Virus record (IMG/VR): IMGVR_UViG_3300048924_000619
Coordinates: 30,138 to 94,137 of that record
Direction: 5' to 3' (one strand)
Length of the DNA stretch: 64,000 bases
Source of the DNA: a virus
The position numbers and the translations under genes are program-made. Shown in pieces: positions 9,250-18,002 of the stretch (position 1 is its first letter; the number at the start of each line of letters is the position of its first letter). The notes below the pieces were generated by a model. It did no database searches. It had not been told where the DNA came from and saw only the letters and a list, made by a program, of their open reading frames with translations.

Positions 9250-9540
9250 TCCAAATGAGAATTCGCCCTTGCAGGGCACACAAGCTTTGGTTCGGACCCG
9301 GGTGCAATTCCCGGCGGCTCCACCCAAGCCCATCGACCGCCGCGAGAGCGGGCGGCGCCCGGAGCGAAGGGGCGTTGATGCTAACGGGACGATGGGCTTC
9401 GGGGGGCCGATCAGGATCGACGAGCCAGGGGCGCGGTGAAAGCCGCATTTGATAACTCTGAACGACAACTATCCCATCGCTCAGGCCATCGCGGCCTAGC
9501 AGGAGCCCGGCGGGGGCTTGGCAACAGAACCCCGCCACCC
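9250..9540 (+). ncRNA. ssrA: two-piece circularly permuted tmRNA (alphaproteobacterial type); outer boundaries approximate
   Basis: Acceptor piece ends GACCCGGGTGCAATTCCCGGCGGCTCCA (9322); intervening stem AAGCCCATCG/CGATGGGCTT; coding piece starts GGGGCCGATCAGGATCGAC (9403) giving G3.U70; tag frame 9458-9499 LNDNYPIAQAIAA*; terminal hairpin with GGCAACAGAA loop. Confidence 0.92.
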
Positions 9541-9637
9541 AGAGGCCTAGGCGGGCCAACCGATCACCGAAAGGGACCACGGCGGCGCCGATCGTGGCGA
9601 CTCCCCCGGCCGGTTGGTTCGACCCTAGGCCTCTGGG
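9538..9637 (+). ncRNA. candidate ~100 nt rod-like structured RNA
   Basis: CCCAGAGGCCTAGG/CCTAGGCCTCTGGG 14 bp stem plus CGGGCCAACCG/CGGTTGGTTCG 11 bp stem. Confidence 0.4.
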
Positions 9638-9654
9638 CCAACGAGAAGACCGAC

Positions 9655-10293
9655 AGCGCGCCAGCGTACCAGTCTTAGTAAATGGGTGAATCTGGTGGGA
9701 GCCTGACCGCTCCCGTTCCTGAGGGCTGGGGGGGAAGCGATTGATCGTCGCTGATACCGAAGCTCAAGGGCGACAAGATCAGGTTGGCTAGCCCGAACGC
9801 GCCGCAGCACCGCCGGCGCCAGTACGGAGGTCCCGGACCGGTTGCGCGTGCTGGCGCAGCCGCGGAATCCCCGCCCATCGTGGCTTCGGCCTTGAACGTG
9901 GGAAAGTCACCCCGGCTGCGTTCCACGCGGTCGGGCAGGCCCTTCCGGGGGATCCTGATGACCGGGGCATGAATTCGCCCGAACGGGCAACAGAGGTCTG
10001 TGCCGACAGACGGTCAGGGGCGGCCCCCGCGAGGTTTCGACTTCAGCGACGGGATCGTAAGTCCTTGGGCATCGGCCCGTGCGGTGTGCCGGCGGTTATC
10101 CGGTTGTCCGGGGGCAATTGACTGAACCCCCTCAACAAAGCTGTCAGGAGTTGCGCCCGAAGGGGCACACGAGTTGTCGGCGGGGAGGCGGTTAGCGCCG
10201 CTTCCAGCCAAGGTTGGCCAACCGGGTCAATGCTCTGCGCAGGGCGGCGACCTTAAGCGTGAATGGCATCGCGGTTCGAGTCCGTGGCGCGCA
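9655..10293 (+). ncRNA. candidate large (~640 nt) structured RNA with tRNA-like closure
   Basis: GCGCGCCA (9656-9663) complementary to TGGCGCGC (10285-10292); T-arm CGCGG-TTCGAGT-CCGTG at 10270-10286; many internal hairpins; no credible ORF. Confidence 0.5.
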
Positions 10294-10392
10294 CATGGCA
10301 ACCGCCGGCGAAACCATCTGGCGGCGGGGCATCCGAGCTATCGGAGTAGGGCCCCGCCGCTGGGGCAGACTTCCCCCGCCCCTCCCAATTCG

Positions 10393-10414
10393 GTCGTGAC
10401 GCCAGTATCGGCGC
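10393..10414 (+). promoter_or_regulatory. GTCGTGAC promoter, leaderless (portal)
   Basis: GTCGTGAC gccAgtaTcggcgc ATG; 14 nt spacer, no SD. Confidence 0.8.
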
Positions 10415-12160
10415 ATGGCCGACAATCCCGCCGCCGTTGCGACAGATCCGAACGCGCCCGCGTCGGAGCGCCACGACGCGCAGGCTGAGTTCCAGAAGTC
10501 GCACGGCACGGCCGGGATCGCGTCCGAGCTGTTTCCATCCGCGGCGATGGAGCCGGTCATTGCCCGGATCCAAGAGGTTCTGTTCGAGCAGGATCTCAAC
10601 AAGGCCGCGCAGGGAAACCTGATCGTCGGCCCCTGGAAGAACAAGCGGCCGCAAGACGGCGGCCAGTCCGTCTTCCTCGACAATTTCCAGATCCAGACGC
10701 AGGGCCCCTACTGGGATCGGCCTGGCGTCCTGGGCTTCGACGCCATGCGGTCGATGGTCGAGCAAACGCCGATCCTCAACAGCATCGTGCTCACGCGCAT
10801 CCGCCAGGTCCGCCGCTTCTGCCGGCCGCGGATGGGCAACACGGGCCCCGGCTTCGTGATCGAACACGTTGATCCGCAGGTCGAGCTCAACGACGACCAG
10901 CAAGCATCGATCCAACGCCTGACGCAGTTCGTGATCAACTCCGGTTGGGAAACGGACGCCAGGGCCCGCAAGCGCAAGAAGCGCGACCCGTTCGCGGCGA
11001 TGATGGCGAAGCTCGTGCGCGACACGCTCACGATGGACGCCTGCCCGATCGAGACCGAGTTCAAGCGGTCGCGGAGCCTGGGCCTGGACGGTCTCTATGC
11101 GCTGGACGGCGCCACGATCCGCCTGTGCACCGAGGAGGGCTACAACGGTGACGACGAGTTCTTCGCCCTGCAGGTCATCCAGGGCAACATCCGGACCGCC
11201 TACACCTACGACGACCTGATCTATGAGGTGCGGAACCCGCGCACCGACGTGACCGCCTGCGGCTACGGCTACTCCGAGACGGAGATGCTGATCCGCATCG
11301 TCACCTACCTGCTGAACACGATGACGTTCAATGGGTCGTTCTTCGACAAGAACTCGATCCCGCGCGGCATCCTCAACGTCTACGGTCAGTTCACGAACGA
11401 AGACGTCGCGGCGTTCAAGCGCCAGTGGAACGCCATGGTTCGCGGGGTCCAGAACTCCCACAACCTGCCCGTTCTGGTTTCCAAGGACCAGGAGTCCGGG
11501 ACCAACTTCACCGAGGTCGGCGGCCAGCTCAACGAGATGGCCTTCGGGAAATGGCTCTCCTTCCTGACGTCGATCGCGTGCGCGATCTTCGGCGTCGCCC
11601 CCGAAGAAATCTCCATGGAGTCGTTTGCCACGACGAGCCGCGGGCTCGGCGGGAACGACACCGAGGAGAAGCTCGTCTCAGCGAACGACAAGGGCCTCGT
11701 GCCGCTGCTCAACTTCGTCGAGGACATCTACTCCGATTTCATCCTCCAGCCCTTCTCGCCGCAGTACCGGCTGACCTTCAAGGGCCTCGACGATGAGGAC
11801 GAGGACAAGCGCTGGGAGCGTCAGAAGCTCTCGCTCACCTGGAACGAGGTGCGCGCGGTCGACAGCATGGACCCGATCGATGGGCCGCTGGGCGACGCGC
11901 CCATGAACCCCACGCTGATCGGCATCTGGGCTCAGGAGTCCGGCGTCGGCCAGCCAGAAGAGCCGGAAGAGGACTTCGGCGACCCGGACGCCGCCGGCGC
12001 CGATGATGGCGTGCCCGCCAGCGGAGAGCTGGAGGCAGGCCCGCCCGAACAGCAGACAGAAGACGCAGGCGCGCCGGATCTCGGTTCGCCTGCCGGCGGC
12101 GACGAAGTGGCCAAGGCCCTCGATTTCGGCCTGCCGATCTACGTCCTCGACCTGTCGTGA
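10415..12160 (+). CDS. portal protein
   Basis: LYALDGATIR, GYGYSETE, FFDKNSIPRGIL, IACAIFGVAPEEI, LTWNEVRA; acidic C-terminal tail. Confidence 0.92.
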   Translation: MADNPAAVATDPNAPASERHDAQAEFQKSHGTAGIASELFPSAAMEPVIARIQEVLFEQDLNKAAQGNLIVGPWKNKRPQDGGQSVFLDNFQIQTQGPYWDRPGVLGFDAMRSMVEQTPILNSIVLTRIRQVRRFCRPRMGNTGPGFVIEHVDPQVELNDDQQASIQRLTQFVINSGWETDARARKRKKRDPFAAMMAKLVRDTLTMDACPIETEFKRSRSLGLDGLYALDGATIRLCTEEGYNGDDEFFALQVIQGNIRTAYTYDDLIYEVRNPRTDVTACGYGYSETEMLIRIVTYLLNTMTFNGSFFDKNSIPRGILNVYGQFTNEDVAAFKRQWNAMVRGVQNSHNLPVLVSKDQESGTNFTEVGGQLNEMAFGKWLSFLTSIACAIFGVAPEEISMESFATTSRGLGGNDTEEKLVSANDKGLVPLLNFVEDIYSDFILQPFSPQYRLTFKGLDDEDEDKRWERQKLSLTWNEVRAVDSMDPIDGPLGDAPMNPTLIGIWAQESGVGQPEEPEEDFGDPDAAGADDGVPASGELEAGPPEQQTEDAGAPDLGSPAGGDEVAKALDFGLPIYVLDLS

Positions 12161-12175
12161 CGGGATAGTGGAGCT
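12154..12175 (+). promoter_or_regulatory. GTCGTGAC-N3-A-N3-T promoter
   Basis: GTCGTGAC gggAtagTggagct overlapping the portal stop; SD GAGGGG downstream. Confidence 0.7.
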
Positions 12176-12193
12176 CTCATCCGAGGGGATCGC

Positions 12194-12475
12194 ATGGCTG
12201 TTTGGACGCCCGAAGGCCACGTCACGCTGAGTGCAACCTGGACCAAGCTTCTCGACGCGAACCCTCTGCGCCGCTTCCTCAAGTTTGCGCCGTCGACCTC
12301 CTTCTACGACGCCTACTGGACGACCGACGCGAGCGCCGCCGGCACGGCGAACGTCGAGGGCTTTCCCCTGACCGCGGGCGAAGATTTCGGCCTGCAGCCC
12401 GGCGTCTGCCCGACTGACGCGATCTACATGCGCAGTCCATCGGGCGAGGTCGTGACCTTCCGCGAGGGCTTCTAA
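12194..12475 (+). CDS. small beta-rich hypothetical virion protein
   Basis: SD GAGGGG; leads the fibre operon. Confidence 0.65.
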   Translation: MAVWTPEGHVTLSATWTKLLDANPLRRFLKFAPSTSFYDAYWTTDASAAGTANVEGFPLTAGEDFGLQPGVCPTDAIYMRSPSGEVVTFREGF

Positions 12476-12478
12476 CCG

Positions 12479-15400
12479 GTGTCCAAGCTCCCTCCGTTCG
12501 GTCTTTTCCCGACCCCCATCCGGCTGCTCGGAAACAAGGTCGCAGCCGGCGCCGCAGCAAACACGCGAGTCGGCCACCTGCTCTGCAGTGTGTCGGGCGT
12601 GGCGCTGACTGTTGTCTCGGGTCCGTTCTCGATCAGCGGTGGCGACCTCTATACCACCGGCGTCACGGGGGCTGCGGGGACCACGCAGACCGCTCGTATT
12701 CGCGCGACCGGCAGTCCGTTCATCGAGATCGATCAGGACTTCGTCATCTCGGCAGTGGGAGTCGCTGGTCCCCCCGACACGACGCCTGTCGCTTTTGATT
12801 TCGCCGACGTCTCGAACGCCGAGCTGTCCACCGACTATATCTACAGCTTCGTGGTCGCGGGCGTCGACGCGCCCTGTGCGGTCACGGCGACCGGGGCGGT
12901 TCAGGTCAAGATTAGTGGAGGAGCCTACGGGCAAGCTCCGGGAAATGCCGTCCTTGGCGATACGATCACCGTCAAGGTTACTTCGTCGAATAGTTATTCC
13001 ACGCCGGTAAGTGGTTCGTACACAGTCGGAACGCTAACCGATAGTGTCACGATTACGACGAAACTGTCGAGCACGTCAGTCTATGGCGTCGAAATCGGTG
13101 CTACAGGAACCGGCCTCTACGCCGGAATGGCGCTCGATGTCGGCAGTGAATTCACCCAAATGCCGCAGCGGTGGCACCCGTCGAAGAACCCGGATGGGTT
13201 CTTCAAGAGCGGTCCGCTTTACACCTCAACTCTCGGCTTTCCGAGCCCGTGGTGCGCCGCCATCGACCCCTATTGGTTGGGCGCGCGCTCTGAGGTCCCG
13301 GACGGCTTCGGTCTCGACGCCGTCACGCTGATCCCAGGCGGCGGCGCGAACCTGAACATGCGCGTGCCTGACGCCGCGCTGGTTCCCACCCTCCCGACGG
13401 TTTTCACCGGCGCCGGCGGCAAGCCCAACCTCTTGGCTGCGCAACTCTACTCGGCGCCTGGATACCTGATCTCGGCCAAGGGCGACTTCATCGTCGAGGC
13501 GATCATCCAGACGCCGGCGGGCAACCTCCTGGGGATGTGGTCCTCGTTTTGGACCTCGGGCCAGTTCTGGCCGAACGAGGCCGAGATCGACGTTCCGGAG
13601 TTCTTCAAGGCCCTGGCGATCGATACCGGGCCTGGCTCGTCGTCGCGCGCCGATGGCCAGACCTACATCCGGTACAACTCGATCACCAACGGGTCCGACG
13701 GCGGCGGCGCGGGCTCGGAAACACCGGCCTTCCTCGATATCTCGGACAGCCGACCCTACTGGTTTATGGCCAAGAAGACGTCGACCGGGGTCGCCTTCTA
13801 CGACGACTTCGATGTTCAAGGGACGCTTGCCCTTCGCGGAACCGCCGTCAACAACATCAACCGGTACTCCGGTGCGCACGATATCCGCATCGGTATGGGC
13901 GCGGCGCCGTATGGCGCGTCCGGAGCGGCGACGCGGACCTTCGACGCTTCGCAATGGGCGGGCGGCAAGGATCATAAGATCCTCATGTTCCGCGCCTGGA
14001 CGCCTGCCAGCCGGCCGCGCAACTTCCCGACCGTCGATCTGGGCACGGTGAACGTCGCGCCTGGCCAAACGGGCGTGACATTCCAGGTTCCCGCCGCAGC
14101 GACGCTGTGGGCCGGCAAGGTGCTGCCGAACCTCGAGGAGGTCATTGGCGGCTTCTATTCCTACGACAGCCCCGGCGCGCCGACACGCAACGGCACGACC
14201 AAGCTTCCCGGCGGGATGACCTATAGCGCGACGACGCGTCAGATCACTTGGGATGTCCCGTCGACCGAGGGCGGAACGGTCTGCGCTTACATCGTCGGGT
14301 CCTACACCGCCGGCGGCGCAGCGACGCGCGCCCGGGTCACTTTCAAGGTTGCGCCTGCGAAGCAGGGGACCTTCCCGTCGGTGATCGGGATGAACTCGGG
14401 GTCAGTCCTGAACCAGGCGGTCGCGTACACGGACTTCCACTCCGGCGACCTCACCCACTCCTACCAGAGCGTCAGCGCCGACCAGTCCTGGGTCACGGTG
14501 ACGATGGGGGCGAACAACCGCTCCTTCACCCTCACCGGGACAGCACCGGGGGTTGATCAAATCGTGACGGTATCAGGACAGGCGATTAACGGCGCGGGCC
14601 AAGTCACGCCGTTCACGACGACAATCAACGTCTCTTCGGCCTGGAGTTCGTCGGCTTGGTCGGCGCTGAAGCACGACTGGGATTTCACCGACACGACCAA
14701 GGTCTACTCGAACACCACGGGTAGCACGCTCGCCGATCCGACGGCGGGGACCGTCGCGATTGCGATGGTGAAAGACAAGAAGGGCACTGCGGACCTTACG
14801 AATGCCACGGCGAGCACGCGGCCGGTCTACATGAACATCGGCGGCATCCCGATGGCCAAGTTCACCAAGGCCACGCCGACCCATCTCGACAGCGCCAACG
14901 CCGCGATCTCCTCGGAGTTCGGCGGCGTGAACAAGCCCTTCACCGTGGTCATGGCGGTCAAGCGCGGAACGGCCGGCGTCAGCGTGCGGCCTATGTCGCT
15001 CCAGGTCTCCGCGAACTCCTCGCCCGTGGCGGTCCTATACGGCAGCTCCAACTCCTTCGGCTACCAGCGGAACGACGGCACGAACAACCGCACAATCGCC
15101 AGTGCGGGCGGCGTCGCGGCGGTCGATGAAATCCACGTCTGGACGCTCTGCTTCGACGGGACCAACCTCACGCTCCGGAAGGATGGCGTCGAGATCTTGG
15201 CGCCGACGCTCGTCAATGCGCCGCTCTCGATTGCGCTTGTCGGGATCTGCCTGGGGACCCTTCGGTCCAACGCGACGACCTGGGATACCGCCCTGGCCTT
15301 CGACGGGGCGATCGGCCGCGTCTTCGTGTCGACGGACACCTCGATCTCGACCGACGTGGTCCAGGCCGAAAACCTGCTCATGGCGCAGTTCGGCCTGGGC

Positions 15401-17179
15401 GGCACGCCGCCGGTCACGGTCACGGACAACACCCCGGTCATCACCGGGACCGTTGGAGCCAACTACATCAGCTCCACCCCCGTCGCTTCGGGCGGCATCG
15501 GTCCATACACCTGGGACCTCGACCTCACTCTGGGGGGCCCGATCCCGGACGGGTCCACGATGGATCCCGCGACGGGCATCATCAGCGGTGTCCTGACGAC
15601 CGCGGCGACCTACGCGAACATCATCCGCCGCGCCACCGACAGTAGCCCGACGGCGAAGCAAGGGAGCGCGCCGGCGTTCACTGTCACCGTCGCTGCGGCG
15701 AGCTGGACTCCGGCAGCCTGGACGGCGCTCAAGCACGTCTACGACCCTTCCGATGCGACGGCGGTCTTCACCGACACCGCCGGCACGACCGCGGCCAGCC
15801 CGACGGCCGGGACCGACAAGGTCGCGCTGCTGAAGGACAAGAAGGGGACCGCGGACCTCTCCAACGCGACCTCGACAACCCGGCCGGTCTATCAGCTGCT
15901 CAACGGCGTCCCGATGGTGAAATACACCAAGGCGACCCCGACGCACCTGGACAGCACCGCTTCGAACTGGGCGACCGAAATCGCCGGGACAAACACCCCG
16001 TACGCGATCGTCATGGCCGTTAAGCGCGGAACCTCCGGGGTCAGCGTCCGACCGCTCGCATGGTCGACCTCGGCCGGAAGCACGCCGATCCAGCATGTCA
16101 TCGGTTCCAGCGGTGGCTTCGGCTGCCAGCGGAACGACGGCACGACCCGCACAGTCACGACGAGTTTCGGCGAGGCAAACCTCGACGAACTCCACATCTG
16201 GACGTTCATCTACGACGGCACGAACTACATCATCCGCAAGGATGGGGTGGCTGTTGCTGAAAGCCCTCTGGCGGCGCTGACGACGGCGGCGATCACCATC
16301 GCCAACTTCACCGTCGGCACGACCAAGAGCGCCGCCGCGACCTGGGATACGGCCTTCGCCTTTGATGGCGCCTTCGGGGCTATCTACTTCTCGACCGACA
16401 CGACGGTGACCTCGGACATCGTCAACGCCGAGAAATACCTGATGGCGCGCCACGGGATCACGGTCGTGACCCCGACCGAGCTGGTCCCGGGCGCCGCGGT
16501 CCACGCAACGGCGGCGAACGCCAACGTCGACGTTCTTCCGAGCGCCTCGATCGTCGCCGGCGCGCTGGAGCAGTTGATCGTTCGCACTCCCAATCAGCCG
16601 ATCGCAACACCTTCAGGTTGGACCCTCAAGGCCGCCATCGACAACCGCGGCACCCCCGGAGCTGCGGGGTCGGTCGCGGAGCAGCTGTTCGTGAAGTTCA
16701 GCACCGGCTCCGCCGCGGCTCTGACGATCACCGGCACCTACAACAACCTGACGGCGCGGCGCTATGCGACCCTCGGAGTTGATCCCACCAATCCGATCGT
16801 CGGGATCTCGGCCAGCATCTCCGGAGACCCCATCAGCGGCGCGTCCGTCGCAACGACGGCGGTCACGGCCCCGGGGACCACGACACCGTCGGACCATTGC
16901 TTGGTCCGCACCTTCGTGGGTCTCGCTCTCGATGCGACGGCGGCGGGTCAATCGGGCTTCACGAACAGCAGCCTGTCGAACGTCCAGACGGCGGTCTCCT
17001 ATGGGACCCAGATCGGCGTCGGCGGCGTGATCGCGACCAACATCGGCGAGAAGTCGGTGGCTGGGCACGTCAACCCCTGGGCCGGCGCCTTCACCAGCTC
17101 GAAGCAGGTGGCGATCACCTACGCGCTCACGCCTTCGCCGACGGCGGCTGACGTCTTCACCTTCCAAGAGGATTTCTGA
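12479..17179 (+). CDS. large fibre/adhesin: Ig-like repeats, GH16-like domain, two LamG/ConA-like repeats
   Basis: T/S/A/G-rich; WSSFWT...EIDVPE GH16-type motif; putative Ig segment (GGIGPYTW...DPATGIISG); duplicated ~250 aa domain. Confidence 0.75.
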   Translation: MSKLPPFGLFPTPIRLLGNKVAAGAAANTRVGHLLCSVSGVALTVVSGPFSISGGDLYTTGVTGAAGTTQTARIRATGSPFIEIDQDFVISAVGVAGPPDTTPVAFDFADVSNAELSTDYIYSFVVAGVDAPCAVTATGAVQVKISGGAYGQAPGNAVLGDTITVKVTSSNSYSTPVSGSYTVGTLTDSVTITTKLSSTSVYGVEIGATGTGLYAGMALDVGSEFTQMPQRWHPSKNPDGFFKSGPLYTSTLGFPSPWCAAIDPYWLGARSEVPDGFGLDAVTLIPGGGANLNMRVPDAALVPTLPTVFTGAGGKPNLLAAQLYSAPGYLISAKGDFIVEAIIQTPAGNLLGMWSSFWTSGQFWPNEAEIDVPEFFKALAIDTGPGSSSRADGQTYIRYNSITNGSDGGGAGSETPAFLDISDSRPYWFMAKKTSTGVAFYDDFDVQGTLALRGTAVNNINRYSGAHDIRIGMGAAPYGASGAATRTFDASQWAGGKDHKILMFRAWTPASRPRNFPTVDLGTVNVAPGQTGVTFQVPAAATLWAGKVLPNLEEVIGGFYSYDSPGAPTRNGTTKLPGGMTYSATTRQITWDVPSTEGGTVCAYIVGSYTAGGAATRARVTFKVAPAKQGTFPSVIGMNSGSVLNQAVAYTDFHSGDLTHSYQSVSADQSWVTVTMGANNRSFTLTGTAPGVDQIVTVSGQAINGAGQVTPFTTTINVSSAWSSSAWSALKHDWDFTDTTKVYSNTTGSTLADPTAGTVAIAMVKDKKGTADLTNATASTRPVYMNIGGIPMAKFTKATPTHLDSANAAISSEFGGVNKPFTVVMAVKRGTAGVSVRPMSLQVSANSSPVAVLYGSSNSFGYQRNDGTNNRTIASAGGVAAVDEIHVWTLCFDGTNLTLRKDGVEILAPTLVNAPLSIALVGICLGTLRSNATTWDTALAFDGAIGRVFVSTDTSISTDVVQAENLLMAQFGLGGTPPVTVTDNTPVITGTVGANYISSTPVASGGIGPYTWDLDLTLGGPIPDGSTMDPATGIISGVLTTAATYANIIRRATDSSPTAKQGSAPAFTVTVAAASWTPAAWTALKHVYDPSDATAVFTDTAGTTAASPTAGTDKVALLKDKKGTADLSNATSTTRPVYQLLNGVPMVKYTKATPTHLDSTASNWATEIAGTNTPYAIVMAVKRGTSGVSVRPLAWSTSAGSTPIQHVIGSSGGFGCQRNDGTTRTVTTSFGEANLDELHIWTFIYDGTNYIIRKDGVAVAESPLAALTTAAITIANFTVGTTKSAAATWDTAFAFDGAFGAIYFSTDTTVTSDIVNAEKYLMARHGITVVTPTELVPGAAVHATAANANVDVLPSASIVAGALEQLIVRTPNQPIATPSGWTLKAAIDNRGTPGAAGSVAEQLFVKFSTGSAAALTITGTYNNLTARRYATLGVDPTNPIVGISASISGDPISGASVATTAVTAPGTTTPSDHCLVRTFVGLALDATAAGQSGFTNSSLSNVQTAVSYGTQIGVGGVIATNIGEKSVAGHVNPWAGAFTSSKQVAITYALTPSPTAADVFTFQEDF
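14633..16456 (+). repeat. intragenic duplication of a ~250 aa LamG-like domain (~14633-15395 and ~15695-16456)
   Basis: Both copies share ALKH..D..D.T, KDKKGTADL.NAT..TRPVY, TKATPTHLDS, MAVKRGT.GVSVRP and TWDTA.AFDGA. Confidence 0.85.
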
Positions 17180-17985
17180 TGACCATCCTCCCGAAGCTCT
17201 GGCACCCGACTGCGCGGCCCAGCGGGACCTGGGAAACCTGCATGTGGGAGAACGATCCCTATGTGGGCTACGGGCACGCCGCCCACGGCCGTGCCCGGCC
17301 GATGGAGTGGCAGATCTTCGCCGATCCGACGGAACAGGCACTCAACGTCTTCTCCAACCCGGTCGCGGGCGAGTTGGCGATCACGCCGGCGGCGATCAGC
17401 GGCACTGGCGGGAACTTCGTCGCGCCGTTCCCACCGGGATCTGGACCTGGCGGGATCGACCCCATCCTCGCGCAGGGTACGCCCTTCACCCGCGCCAGCG
17501 GCCTGATCACCTCGCGCCGCACCTTCTCCCAGACCAACGGCACATTCTCGTACGAGGCAATCTTTCCCCAGGTTGGAGACGGCGGGGCCTTCTCTGCCGG
17601 GTGGCTCGTCAATCTGGACACCCACAAGGAGATCGACATGCCGGAGGTGCTCTCGGGGCGTCCTCGGCAAATAGAATACAATATCCTGAGCGGCGGTAAT
17701 CAGTTCGGGACGGTGATCAGCGGGAACCGCATCATCGTCATGCCGTCGACGTGGGATCCGAGCGTCTATCACGAACACAAGATCCTCTGGGACGCGACGC
17801 TTGTGGCCTTCTTCCTCGACGGGATCGAGCGCTACCGGATCAATCACGGCGGCGTTCTCATCGACCCGCTGTACTGGGTCTTCAACAACTCGGCGCTCTA
17901 TGACTGGGGCGACTACGTCACGCCCCCCGCGGCCGGCTTCATCGGAACGCCGATGAAGGTCCGCAAGGTGCGCGTCAAAGCGTAG
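17179..17985 (+). CDS. GH16-family glycoside hydrolase-like protein
   Basis: SGLITS, EIDMPE catalytic-type motif, YHEHKILW, FFLDG. Confidence 0.75.
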   Translation: MTILPKLWHPTARPSGTWETCMWENDPYVGYGHAAHGRARPMEWQIFADPTEQALNVFSNPVAGELAITPAAISGTGGNFVAPFPPGSGPGGIDPILAQGTPFTRASGLITSRRTFSQTNGTFSYEAIFPQVGDGGAFSAGWLVNLDTHKEIDMPEVLSGRPRQIEYNILSGGNQFGTVISGNRIIVMPSTWDPSVYHEHKILWDATLVAFFLDGIERYRINHGGVLIDPLYWVFNNSALYDWGDYVTPPAAGFIGTPMKVRKVRVKA

Positions 17986-18002
17986 GCGTAGGCGAGGCGG
18001 AT

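Noticed and set aside
9678-9720. Group I intron P-like segment (AAATGGGTGAATCTGGTGGGA)
   Set aside because: No recognisable Q, R or S elements and no interrupted gene identified
10215-10296. Second standard tRNA suggested by GGTTCGAGTCC
   Set aside because: No local acceptor 5' strand, D-arm or anticodon arm; treated as the 3' end of a larger RNA candidate
12449-16470. GTCGTGAC octamers at 12449 and 16463
   Set aside because: Inside coding sequence (Val-Val-Thr codons) and lacking the A/T pair; likely chance
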